DNA of 64,000 nt from Thalia democratica (taxonomy: Eukaryota). The notes beneath the pieces are model-generated. The model searched no databases and was not told the DNA's origin. It saw only the letters and a program-made list of their open reading frames with translations. Where the stretch lies: contig OZ241826.1 in the NCBI GenBank assembly GCA_965202585.1, forward strand, positions 26,412,001 through 26,476,000, in the 5' to 3' direction. Shown here piece by piece: positions 1 to 13,031 of the stretch (positions within the stretch are counted from its first letter, which is position 1; every line of letters starts with the position of its first letter). The position numbers and the translations under genes were made by a program.

Positions 1-21
1 TAATAAAAAAACCCAACACAG

Positions 22-3000
22 AAAATCGAGGGAGCGTTGGAGCAGTACAAGGTGGAGGTGAAGCTGATGACGGTGGAGCACAAGAAGAAGTCGCTGGAGG
101 TGGAGAGGGACTTGGAGAAGGAGAAGATGTTGAGGAGGCAGCTCGCGCAGAAGTGCTTGGAGCAGGGCGAGGCGTTCGAGGTGCAGCAGAAGCTCGTGGG
201 GAGTTTGCAGCAGCAGGTTGATAGAAGATATATTGAAATACATTTAATTAATAAATAAGACCGAAGCTTTTGAGGTGCAGCAAAAATTAGTTGGAAGTTT
301 GCAACAACAGGTTTTAAATGATTGAAAAGTAAACAAAATAAATATTTATGAACGAGGATTTTGATCAATTAATAAGTTTTAAATGTAGCAGTAACTTGTT
401 AGAAGTTTGCAACAGCAGGTAAATAAAAGTGATTAAAAAATGTGTTTAATTAAAATATAATGTGTATAATTATGAACAACAGGTTTGGTTTTATTCAATT
501 AAAACAATTCATTTTGGTTAAAGTTAATAACTTAAATTACAATAAATAAGAAATTGGCTTTTGAGGTTCACCAGAAATTAGTTGGAATTTTGCGACAGCA
601 GATTGTGATTAGTAGCTGTAAAGTAGGATAACAGTTTTTTGTAAATCTTAAAGACATTTAAAACGAATAAAACTTCTTTTAGATGTTTTAATTAATATAA
701 TGTTTATTAATACTACAGTTTGTTTAAAATAAGTATCTATTGAAGTATGTAGCGACATGTTTGAATAAAATTGTAAGGTTAAACAATGAAGCTAAAGCTA
801 CTCAAAATTTTGTATGATTTTTTCTTTTATTTTTAAAATTTTTTGGTAAAAGCAGGTTTTAAAAGATTACTTATTACATTCAATAGTTGAATGAAATCAT
901 AAAGTTTATTGCGTATAAATTATTTCTTTTAATTAAGTTATTTAAGTCAATTCTTAAACATTATGTTATTAATTGCGTTAGAATGTTTAATTAAAGATGA
1001 GAAACTTGTTTGCTATAAATGTAGATACTGATAATTCTGTCTGCGTCATTACTTGCTTTGTAAAAATAAATCTCTAATTTTCAAATGTCAAGTAAGTATT
1101 AAAGCTTGTTGTAAAATCTATAGGTCATGACCCTAGACTTTTATAAAATACATTTTGAAATGAAAAACTTTTATGTTCAAATAGCTTCAAGAAGTTTTGT
1201 AAATTGTCAATAAAGATAATAGGAGTGTTTAAATAATGATTAAACTAGATTAATATTACTTTTTGTAAACGTTTAAAAATTTAATTTTATTAATGTTTCT
1301 TTAAAAATTATCAATAAGCTTAATTATTTCAATGATTTAAAAATAATCGAAAGTCAGTTCAAATTTACAAGTTTGTAACTTTTTTTTCTATCTTTATTTA
1401 AGAATACAACCAGCCATACAACAATAGTTTTTCACTACATTATTACTATATTTTATCAATAATACATCAAACATCTTATAGATTTCTATTATTAGTAGAA
1501 CTTATCTACTAGAAGATAAAATATTATTATTTTTATGCACCATGCTTGGCAAAGATTTTCAACTAGCTATAACAAAAAATAGTTTTTTTATAATTAAAGT
1601 GACCTGTATAACATTAAAAACATATAATTATAATTTATGAAAAAATTCAAGTATGTAGCAAATTTCAATTTAATTTGAAATTTTTTCAAATAAGTATTAA
1701 TATTATGAACTTTAATGAATTAGTAAACCTAAATTAACTAACCACAAGTAAAATGTTACCGAAAGTCTAAATAAACTCTGACTTTAAAGACTTTCTTTAA
1801 CATAGCATACGAAATAACCAATGTTTAGTAAAAATAAGATTTAGATCACCACTTGTGTTTTAATTTATATTATTTTTTAAATTAATAAATATTTCAACAA
1901 AGTTACTTTTTCAGCAAGCTTTATACATTATTAAAATTGTTGGTGTAACAAATTTAACAAGATCAGATAAAACAATGTTTCTTTAATTACCAACACTTGA
2001 AAAAAACTACAGTATACTAAAATAATTTTATTAAAAATAAACCCTCTATATTACACAGATCAAATTTTACGAAAAGAAGTTCGGTGAGGTGCAAACGATG
2101 CTGACCAAATCTCACGATACTTGCACGTCATTGGCCGATCAGCACGACAAGATGAAGAAACGCTTGAGCGCCGTCCAATCAGAAAGAAGCAATCTGCAGC
2201 ACAAACTCGAAGTGAAATCTAAACTCGCCAATCAGGCTATTAAACAGGTTTGTGGTTTTCAAACTAAGTTATAATACAAATTTGTTTATATTTTTAAAAA
2301 CGTTAAGAAATTGTAAGTTAAAAAAGTTGGTTTGTTTCATTGTTAATTTTTTATACAAGTTTTAAAAATCGTTTAATTAATGTAAAAGTTCATCTTTCAA
2401 ACTTCTGCAAACCTATGATGTAAAAAATGAGCTTATAAAACATTTTACTTAAAATAAAAAAAAATAAAATATTATTTAGGCCTTCACTAGGTGATTTTAT
2501 AGTTTTATTGTACATATTTTGATCATATAAAGTAATTCAATATTTATACTTTTATTATTAACAGATGTGTCAACAATATTTTGTAAAATTTAAAACTAAT
2601 GATTTTTTATTGCTGTAGTAATGTTACAGTTTATTAATATTAAACAGCTAAAACGAAGGATTGTATTTCAATTACTCCATCAATAAAATTTAAACTTTAA
2701 AATAACTAGTACTTTTGTATTATTGTTATAGAAACACAGTACATAGTGTTTTAGATTACACATACCAACTAATTTTCCGAGAGATACACTTTCTTTGTTA
2801 TTTAATAATAAACTGGATTTAATAATTATCAAAATATTAGACAGTTTATCTTTTAGACAGTTAACTTGTATTAAAAACTGTCTAAATGTGCCTTTTTGTA
2901 TTTGACATTTTATTTATACCAATAGAATATTTCTAGCTAAGTTCTCTCGTTCATGAAGCAAGTTTAGAATTAAAAAAGTTAGAAATTGAAAATGTATTTG

Positions 3001-6000
3001 TTTTCAGGTTATCAAAAATGTGATTTAAGTTTTTTTTTGAAAAATTTTTTACTTCAAAGTTTAAGCTTATATTTTTTTATTTAACTTATTGTAAGTATCA
3101 ACATAACATGCTCTGTTTTTAAAGAGGTATATTTCTTGAAATTATATTTGTAGCTGTCATATTTACTTACTTTTTTCTTCTCTTTATTTCGATTCTCATC
3201 ACCTTTTTTGACAAACTTACAGATCTAAATTATGCTAGTACATAAATACAAACTTTTACATTTTAATTATTTATGGTTAATATTTTATCATTAGAAATAT
3301 ACAAATTACAGAATTGCTAAAAAACAGTAATCTTGGAAAAATCTGAAATCTGACTATTTGGTCTAAAAAAGCCTGTAAAAACCTGGAGTTTAAGAAACTT
3401 TGAAAAAAAAAACCTAAAGTTTTGAACAAAAATCACTAAAAATTCTGGTATTCTAAACAATTTTTACATTTTTAGTCGTGAAATTTCATTTTGAGATAAA
3501 ATCTATCATAAAGATTAAAAAAAGTTGTCAATATCAAATTTTTTTAACACGGATTTAAAGAAGCTTTAAAGTATATTTTAACTTTTAATATACTATTTAA
3601 AACAGTGTTTTACCTTTAACATAACTTTAAACAAAAAACCCAAAAATTTGTAATTTCGAAAACCTGAAAGAAGCTTTTTTAAATCCATAGGCAACACTTA
3701 GATTAATATTAGTTATATAAAAGGAAAACTAAACTATCGAATTGCATACTTACATACTATCCAAATAGTTTTTATCTACAACAATTAATCAAAGGGAGAA
3801 AAGACCAATTTAAAGTTATAATTCGACATATGGAAGTCATATGTGGTTAAAACTAGTAATCAGCATTGACTAGTTTTATTCTATTTATAAGCTAAAGGTA
3901 TTTCAAATAGTTTTGAAAAACAAAAAAAATAGAATGAAAATTATACATATGAACAGCTGTGTTTAGTTGTATTTTACTTCTAAGAGGTTTTTGGAATGGC
4001 TTGTATTGACTTGCAACTTCTCCAATAAGTTATTAGTAAAAATGACTAATGACAACTTGTCTATAAGCTTAAAAGTTCAAATAGCTCAATTTGTATAAAA
4101 TAACCTTGAGTCTAGTTTTGTTTACAAGCTTAAGAGTTTTTTAAAAGACTTTCAAACATTAGACTTGTTTTGACTTGTGCTTCTTCAAATAGTTATTACT
4201 AATAGCAAACTCGTTTAATACTTTAGATTAAATGAAACAACTTCGAAGCTTACTAAAAACTTGAGTGTAGTTTTAACTTTGATTATAGAATTTAGATAAT
4301 TTTTAAAGTGTTTTTATTGTTTGTAGTTAATTTTCTTTAGTAGTAATTACTAAAACAATTTAATCGAGAAAAGATCAACTTGAAATAATGATTCTCTAAA
4401 GTATTGAAATAAAGGTATAGTTATAAAGTATATAATTTTGACAAATTAAAATTTTACTCAAGGCTTGAAATTTTTAAATTTTTCTTTCAACTTACAACTT
4501 ATATTAGAACGAGAAAACGGCAACAAAACAAGGCAAATTGGAGAAATTGTGCAGAGCTTTACAGCAGGAAAGAAGTCAGCTTAACAAGCAACTTAGACTG
4601 TTGGAAAGTCAGCTGTCTAGCAACTGCTCCACTAGGACATCTAACGGTTAGATAGTTGTAAAAAGACTAATCATTTTTGAGCTGTAAAGCAATTTTAGAA
4701 AACCTTAAAGTATACTGTTCCTGCTTTTGGACATGGTTTAATTTAATTTGTTACCGAGCTTAAAAGTAAGCAAATAAATCTAATCTTGTGAATAAGTAAA
4801 ACATTATATGATGATATATTTATATTATTTGATATGTAGTAGTTTAAAGTTTGAAATGTAAAGAAACTATATTATAAATAAGCCGTTTAAAATTGTTATT
4901 AACTGTCTTTTACATTTGTTGAATTAAATTATGGTAAGACTATCTATTAAGGGTATAATGGGAAACCATCTTGTTTTATTTTTACAAGCTGGTTCTAATT
5001 TTAAGAGTAAATCTTAGCTTTTAGACATTTTTACCAATTAAAAAAATCAAAGTAACTTTTAACTTAAATGAAATTAAACTCGTTGAGTTCAATAGAAAAA
5101 TAGCGTTGTTAAAACACATATGTTATAGATAATTGTTCTAATTCAATTAATTTTTAATTTTTTTATAGTTGTATATGGGGTGAATGAAGTAGAAACTATT
5201 GTTATTGAAAGTAGTTTAGAATTAAATAATTTATAGTTAGACTTGTTGAAAATTAATTTTTGTCTCTTAAAATATTCTTAAAGTTTATAGGTTTTTTAAA
5301 TATTTTTTCTCGTTTATTATAAGTTAAACATCTTATTCAAAAACAAACGTGTCCAACAACCTATAATAAACAATGTTCCAATATACATATATATTATGTA
5401 TTTATTATACAAAAAACTACTAATTTTCGTATCGTTTACTAAGTTTTAACGTTAAGACGTATCTTTAGAATTAAATAAAGTACATAGCAAAAATTTTAAA
5501 GAATCACACATAAAAACACATTATGACGTTTCAAATAAAGTTGAATAATTTTAGTTAGCTTATCTTAAAAACAACTTATATATAAGTCAACTTAGTTTGT
5601 TCTTGTTTTTGGTTCTTGTTATAAATATATATATAATGTATATTTACAACAGAATCAACTGACAAAAGCAAAAAAGAAGTTTGCAACGAAAACTCTGAAG
5701 AGCTTGCAACAGTTGGAAATACAGATGACAAATCCGATAAAAACAATAGTGACGTCATATTAGAAGCTTGTGACAAAACAAACAAAGTCCAACCTGAGGA
5801 TGTCACAAAAAAAAGTTTAACTGAAGAAACAACGGCCGAGAAAGATGAAGCAGAATGTTCTAACGCTGTTCAAGTAGTGCCTGAAGCAGTTGCAGCGACC
5901 GAGGAAAACAAGGAACCTAATGATGCAGTACCCGAGAAGGAAAGCAAAGTTAATAGTGGAGCAGAAAAACCTTCTCTAAATGAAGCAGTTCCAACAGAAG

Positions 6001-6053
6001 CTAGTTCGGGTGCAGTTGAAAATTCCACTCACAAATACGAAGATTTGGATTGA
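22..6053 (+). CDS. TXLN: Taxilin-family coiled-coil protein, 3' part (4 coding exons; 5' exons lie upstream of the window)
   Basis: Exons 22-216, 2059-2247, 4508-4646 and 5653-6053 all have AG/GT ends with compatible phases (0,0,1) and end in TGA at 6051-6053. Spliced peptide ...QQQ|IKFYEKKFGEVQTMLTKSHDTCTSLADQHDKMKKRL...|NEKTATKQGKLEKLCRALQQERSQLNKQLRLLE matches the taxilin C-terminal signature (LY.EKF.EFQ..L.KS...KLEKLCRALQ.ER), followed by an acidic low-complexity tail. Paralog (A/B/G) not assignable. Confidence 0.88.
250..605 (+). repeat. Degenerate intronic tandem copies of the 3' end of taxilin exon 22-216, including its donor site
   Basis: 263-312 reads gaa gct ttt gag gtg cag caa aaa tta gtt gga agt ttg caa caa cag GT (EAFEVQQKLVGSLQQQ, same peptide as 169-216). 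Further copies at about 403-420, 474-484 and 557-604 (AFEVHQKLVGILRQQ). The copies at 260 and 551 are both preceded by aataaataaga. Confidence 0.9.
3309..3699. mobile_element. Non-autonomous hAT-like MITE (CAGGGTTGC-type TIR), degenerate copy
   Basis: Internal sequence aligns by eye with 7874-8163 and 32591-32880; ends cagaattgct...ggcaacactt; flanks aaatta/agatta. Confidence 0.55.
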
Positions 6054-7873
6054 GCTTTTGTATACATTGTCAGATATCTGTCTTGAAGAGCACTTTTTTA
6101 AGAAAATTTTACGAACATTTTCTTTAAACTTAACTTTATAATCAGTTTTTTTTATGTTTTGAAGCAGTTTTAGCATGATAGTATTTAATCCAACTTGTAT
6201 AACTATGCATAACAAGTTTCAAACTAACTCTTTATTCAAAATATATATTTATGATACATACGCTTTCAACGTTACTGTGTTTCGTGTTTATTTTGATACG
6301 CTTTTTATTTTCGGTGCTTTTTATTTATATTAATACCAGTTTGCCTTACATATCTCAATTATGCTTTGCTGCTTCGTTGTATTGGATGCCAATTGAGTTT
6401 AATTTATTATTTTATAAAACAAAGTAGTACTTTTTAAAGTTTTGTCATGAGAGATAAACTATTTAATTTTTATAAATTTTTTTTATAGATTAATTTTTAC
6501 TCCAGCTGAATCAATACTGTTTGAATTTTAAGTCAAAGTTTGTATTTTAGATGCCAAGTTTTTGAAATGTGCTTTTAACGATTTTAGATTTTAATGAACT
6601 GTATTTGTATTGTTTTGATAATGTGTTTAGATTAATAGTTATATATACATAAAAACTATAAAAAAAAGTTTTTTAAGTTTAATAAAACTAGAATGGTTGT
6701 TTGAAGGGCTGAAGTCTTGTATGAGAGGAAGAACACATTATAACAAATAATATCAAACTAAAGATTTTGATTTTTAAAATACAGAAATTTAGTTATTTAT
6801 ATATTTCACTACTTACTTGCTTCTTTGGCAGCATTAGGTTAATTGATAAATATATAAGTGTAAGTTAGTATAGAATTAACATATTATTTTTCAAACTAAT
6901 TGAAATTAAGCGTTTCATATTTAGTTAGGTTAATTACGACTACATATAAATTTTATTAATGTTTGTGTATTTCTAATTTTTATACTTGTGTACAATTAAT
7001 ACTTATATTGTTGTTGTCACACACTCAGGTTATATCAGTAACTCGAGATAATTAATGTTTGTAAATCTATTTTCAAACTTTGGCTAACTTAAGACAATTT
7101 TGTTTAAGGCTCAGGATGGTTTTAATATTTTTGAATATTCTCAGGAGATATTTTTACAGGTTTTGTTGGTTTATATCGAGCTTTGTCGAAGAACTTTATT
7201 TTTACTAATTTTTAAAAGATTTAAAAAAATTAATAACTTTTTGAAAATTTCAGACGGTATTTGGTCACTAAAGGCAGTTTTTTGACTCTTTTTAGTGAGT
7301 GACAACCTTTTATACGTATACACAACTTTAAGAAATTAAATGCTTTTACATCTTAGCTTATGCAATTTTTTTTTGGTTCTCTTCATAAAATTTGTATCTG
7401 ATTAGCAGAAAGTACTATAAAAAGCATTTTTTATTAAATAAATTTTCGTGACCTTCAGCTTTGAAAAACATTAAGTGTGCTCAGTTTCTAACATAAGCTC
7501 ATTAATATTTTCAGTAAATCAACGTTCTTAGCTTAAATAACTGAAAAGGTGTTTAAACTTATCGACTTTACATAACTAACTAACAAATGTACTTTATTTT
7601 TAGTTTTACACTAGTTTAGTTCATGACTAACAGTAACAAATTCTAAACAAATAATTCATTAAATGTTGAGAAACAATAAACTAATAGACAAAACTATCGA
7701 TGATCACTAGATCATGACCAATAATAAGCAGGCTTAAGTATATGGTTGAATTAAGAATAAATTCAAGATGAAGATTCAAATATTAAAATATATTTGTTAA
7801 AGAATTCACTGAGTTTTAGCGCAAACTGTAAAACGTAGTAACTGTTTGAATATTTCAATAAGCTAGCTTTACA

Positions 7874-8163
7874 CATGTTTGCCAAAATACCTGGAATTTA
7901 AGCTAAAAAATCTGGAGTTTTTAACATGCTAAGTAGTAAAATTTCAATTTGACGCCAAAAATTATCATAAACATAAAATGTTTTCAATCACCAAAAAAAA
8001 AATATTAAAAAACACTTTTAAAATAGCTTTGGAGTATTTTTTCAATGTTTTTATATTATAAAATATTTTTTTACCTAAAACTTAACTTATAACTTAAAAT
8101 AGACCAAACAATTTATACTTTTGAAACCTGGAGAAAACTTTTCGAAAACATTTGCAAACCCTG
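7874..8163. mobile_element. Non-autonomous hAT-like MITE, same family as 32591-32880
   Basis: Ends catgtttgcc...tgcaaaccctg; perfect 6-bp flanking duplication tttaca (7868-7873 and 8164-8169); shared internal blocks (taagtagtaaaattt, aaaatagacca). Confidence 0.65.
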
Positions 8164-9244
8164 TTTACAAGTAAAAATCTATAAAATGTTTGTTTGTACG
8201 AAACTGTTATATAAAGCAGTACTTTGACTGTTTTTTTAAGTGAGAGTAAACCTAATTTTGATTTTATAAGTTACTACTTACAAAAACGAGTATGTTATAA
8301 TAATTTTTTTTGTTTACGTTGTATTCATGCCTAGCACTGAGCACACAGGTTCGCACTTGGAGAATGACTGACCTGAGAATTTCTAGATTAGTGATCAAAG
8401 TTCAATTTTAAAGAACAACTTTTTATCGTTTGTAATTTAAGTTTTTATAGTTCTTAAAAAAGTCTTCAGGCTTTTTTCACTATAATACAAGTTATTTAGA
8501 CTTTTAGCTCATGTTAACATTCTAAAAAAAAATTAAATGAAAAGTAACTTTAGTGTTAAAGAGTTTATTTGTGAATAAAATTTTTATAAGACTTATAAAA
8601 ATCTTATAATTTTATACTTATATTACAAAATTTATAGTCTGCTACTATTTTTTTTACAAAAGTTTTCAATAAAAAGCTAATTCTACTCTACATTGATAAA
8701 AAAAAAACTTACTTGAAAAGGAGTTAGTGAAAACATTAACAATACTTCTTATTTAAACATGCTTAAGTTTTAAAACCGTAAAAAATAAGTCCCAATAAAA
8801 CTTAGTAATAAAACTACCTGTAAATGTTTAAGTATTTTATGTCCAGTAGCTAGGACATTTGTTGTTACGAATTTTGTTTTTTCAATACAAAAGAAGTTTT
8901 ATAATTTTCGTTTTGAACAAAGCAGACCCAAAAACTTAATAAAAGTTTTTACCGAAAAGCTTGAAGTACGAAGTATACTACACTAATAAATAGAAACATA
9001 AAAAAATACAACTTAAAAGTTCTAATTGTAACAACGTTAGAAACGGCTTTAAATTGTTTATTCATTTCTCTTTCTACTACTAAATTTTGATAGAAAATTT
9101 TGTTAGTTTTTTTTTATTAGCATATTTAAGTAATTATGCTTAGTACTATTTCAATCTTGACCAGTACTGATTTTTTTACTAAAAAGTTGCCCTACAAGCT
9201 CAAATTTTTAGTTAAATAAATTTTGCAATCAAAGAAAAGTCATT

Positions 9245-9345
9245 ATTTGGGCATTCAACTCGATGACCGAGAGGTCTTTTTGTGTACCCAGGTCCTTAAA
9301 CCGAAATTTATTGAGCATTTTTTCGTACTTTTCGTTTGTTAAATG
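9245..9345. repeat. Dispersed repeat fragment, inverted relative to 14815-14905
   Basis: Reverse complement (aaggacctgggtacacaaaaagacctctcggtcatcgagt) aligns with 14851-14890 (aaggacctagtacacgaaaaaaccttacgcttatcgagt). The 14.8-kb copy is absent from the paralogous position near 41110. Confidence 0.5.
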
Positions 9346-12300
9346 AACTATTTTATTCTAAATGAAGCTTCCTTAAATTTAACACTACTTAATTTTATAT
9401 TTTATTGCTTTTAACTTATCGTTACTAGACGCATAGTTTTAAAAATAGGAGACCATAATATTTACAAGTTCTAAATTGTTGAAATTCAACTTATGGCAGT
9501 TTTTAAAGAATTATATAGGGTAAACTAAAAGAAAGTTGGTAGATGATATAAGCAAAAACCTTCTTTTCCTACGACTGGTAAAAATAAGCCTAAAAAATAT
9601 ACGCAATTAGCAAACCTAGTTTGGAACCTAAACGTGATTCTGTAGAAACAAAGCAAACGGTGTTAGTATATGAACCTTATGCTACCTGAAAAGACTACAT
9701 ACTGAACTATCAGGTAACAGAAAATCATAAGATAAAAGAAATGAACTCATTACTTAATGTCTACAATAGTCAAAAAAAAATTATTGATAAAATCCTTACA
9801 AATAAAATGTTTTAACAATTTTTGTATGTTATCCAACTTAAGTAGTAAAATGATTTATTTCTGTATATGTACTTTTAAGTTACTAGACAACTTTATCTTT
9901 TTTGTGATTCCTTTAGTGATAACTTCTACTATATTTCTCTACACAAATTTCAACTAAAGCTTTGTATTTTTATGCTAAGTATACAACCCTAATTTTTAAA
10001 ATGTTTTTTTTTAATTAAAGCTTTTTTATACTACATAGTAAAACAGTTGTAAACTTAACCATAACAACTTAATTTGGATACATGATGTAATATATTTAGT
10101 CATTTTCACAAGTTCCAACTTAATTTTATTTATTTTTAGTTTTGTACAACAATCTAATTAACTATTTAATAGCATTTAAAATTTATGCAAAATACTTTCC
10201 TTAAGTTTATTTAAATCATAATAAGTTTTTGCATAGTTTCACATTATAATCTGTTCAGCGGTTAAACTTTCTAACTGTCTTAATTGTTTTTTATCTTAAA
10301 TAAATCTTTGTTAAATCTGTTTAATTTTTAAAGTTTTTTTTGTATTTTTAAAGTTATTAAGTAAACTTATATCGTCCAGTGTGTTTGTTGCATACGTATA
10401 CGCTTTTTATTTGTACATTTTTTGTTTATTAAGTTAGAAAAAAAAATGTGTCATATTTCTTTTTTTAATGCTTTGGTTTATAATTATGTTACAATGTCTC
10501 AGCTAAGGAAAATTGAGATTTCTATGTTTTTTACAAGTTAATTCAAATAGGTTTAGAGCATAAATAAAACGATTAGCTTGAAATGATAAACTATCTATTT
10601 AGATACCAAAGTAGTGTTATTTTAGTATTCTAAATACTATAATAAGTATTAAATAAATTAATAAAACTTTTTATATTAATTAGAACTGTTATATTTAAAA
10701 AACTTTCTTATAACTATTAAATTTAACGCAAGTTTAGTTTGTAATGCTAAGTTTTAATAAATATGTTTATTAAGTTTAGTAACTATTATACTTTTTAGTC
10801 CTAGTTTAGAATTATTTTAAACTTTTTATAAAAACAAAACACTTATAGTCGTGAAAAAAGGATATAGTTATACAAATAACTGCTACAAATATTTTATCAG
10901 TATAAATGTAATTGTACCTCTTTGATATATCTTTTTAGCATAATAAATACTTTGTTTTTTCAAAACTGAATTAAACTTTCGTAAGATATTAAACACATCT
11001 AGTTTTTTAGAAAAAGTTTCAAACAGTTTTTTTAATCATTATTTTCATTTTTGTTTTAGTCTAAAATGTTTCTAATTTTTAGTTATAATCGTCGTTGTTC
11101 AATTTGATAAAAACAAAGACGATTTTCTAAAGATTTTTTTCAATCATGAAACAAAGTATTGAGTATTTTAAAAACGATTGCAACAACATGCTTATTTTAG
11201 AAACAGTAAAATTGTTTATTATTTGAAAGCAAACTTAAAACCTACAAAATAAAATCAAATTTAGAATTTTTATAAGATATAAGTTTTATGTATCTTAAAA
11301 TATACCGAGAGAAAAATGATTTAAGAAACTTTATGTTGTAGAAACAACTTCATATACTTAATCTTGTATAAAAACACAGTAAAGTTTAAAAGCTTTGTAG
11401 CATTTAAACTTAGTTATCTTTGTTGAGTTTTTGTGATACTTAAACATATTAAATTTTAAAGAAGTTGTGAACATGATAAAAGAGGGTTTTAGATAACTCT
11501 AAAATGTACAATCCTTTGTTAACTGTCAAGAACTACAAGTTTACTTAAAATTATGTCGTTAAAGTTTTTTGGGATAAAAACTGTCTTAACTTCAATTGAA
11601 AAAATTACAGCTGCAAAAAAACTTATACTATTAAAAGGTTATAAGTCTGAATTATAATTGTAAATTTTCACCCGAACTTCGAATATCACTTTTTTTATTA
11701 AGTAAACATAAAATTCTCAGACTGTTTAAAAACCCAACATTGTATTTTTCAAATTCGACACACAAACAAATTTTGAAATTATACAAGCTTTGAAATTTTG
11801 AAGCTAAACGTTAAACTTTTTAAGGATTGAGCCAAAAAAAGCTTAGCAAATGAATCAATAGCATAAAAATGTGTTTTTCAAATTACTATATCTGGACTTG
11901 CGATTTTATGACAATGAAACAATATGTTAAAACTCATTTACGTTAACATAGTAAATGGAAGTTAAAAAAACTGACCAATCTAGCGAATAAATTTCTAAAA
12001 TACACACAAGTTTTATCAGATCAAAACAGTTTTCTTTTAAATACCTTGAAAACTATAAATATAAACTCTATTCTGCTTTGTCATATTAAATAAGTAATTA
12101 AATTTTTCGTTAGTGTTTTATTATCCTTACCATACCTTTTTTTTTTATAAGGTCTATTCAAAATGAAAGCTTACAAATGTTTTTGGTAAAACTTTAATGG
12201 TTTACTTTAAATTCTTAATCAGTATGTTTCTAACAATACATAAGTTTATTGTAAGTTTTCGATAACAGTTTATTTAGCTTTTTTTAGTTCATAAATTTAA

Positions 12301-13031
12301 CATATTTTTATAAGTTTACTAACTTTTGTTATTTTGATATTTATTTTAACAGAAAGTAATTAAGGTTGAAACTGATATAAACCTGTTATTACCTAAAACT
12401 ATTAACTGCAAGGTAAAGTTTCAACAACACAAATGTTTTCGCAACCATGCATTTCAACTCGGTAAACGAAAATTTCATTGTTTTTTAACTAAAACAAACA
12501 AAAACAACTTAAAAATAGTCTTAAGAAGGCTTAAAACCAATAAAATGTTGCATTAAACAAACATTATGTGGTATTTCAACACACCATCAGTATAAGTATT
12601 CTTACACAAAAAACATCCTTGAACTACTTAAAAGTAAACATTGTTGCTTTGTCACCATTTCATAAAAACCATATGGCAATTTTCTTGGAGTTTCTGGTAA
12701 ACAAGAAAATTGTTTAAAAGCCATACCGTTTTGAGTTTTAGTACATAATTGAAAAGTTTCAGAACAAAATTAGTTTGAAAATTTAAAAATTTTGAATTAA
12801 ACGAAAAGTTGCAAAAAAATTAATCTAATATTTATGATAAAATAGTTAAACAAAACATTTTTTGTAAATAAGCTTTAAAACGTGGTTGTAATATTACAAA
12901 GTCTTAATGGTACCACATTTAAGTATAATATATCTATTTGCTTTGAGAAATAAAAGCATTTTAAAACAGAATCTTTAAATAAATAAAAATGAAATTGTCT
13001 ATTTTGTTGACACTCGCTTTTATCTGTTCAG

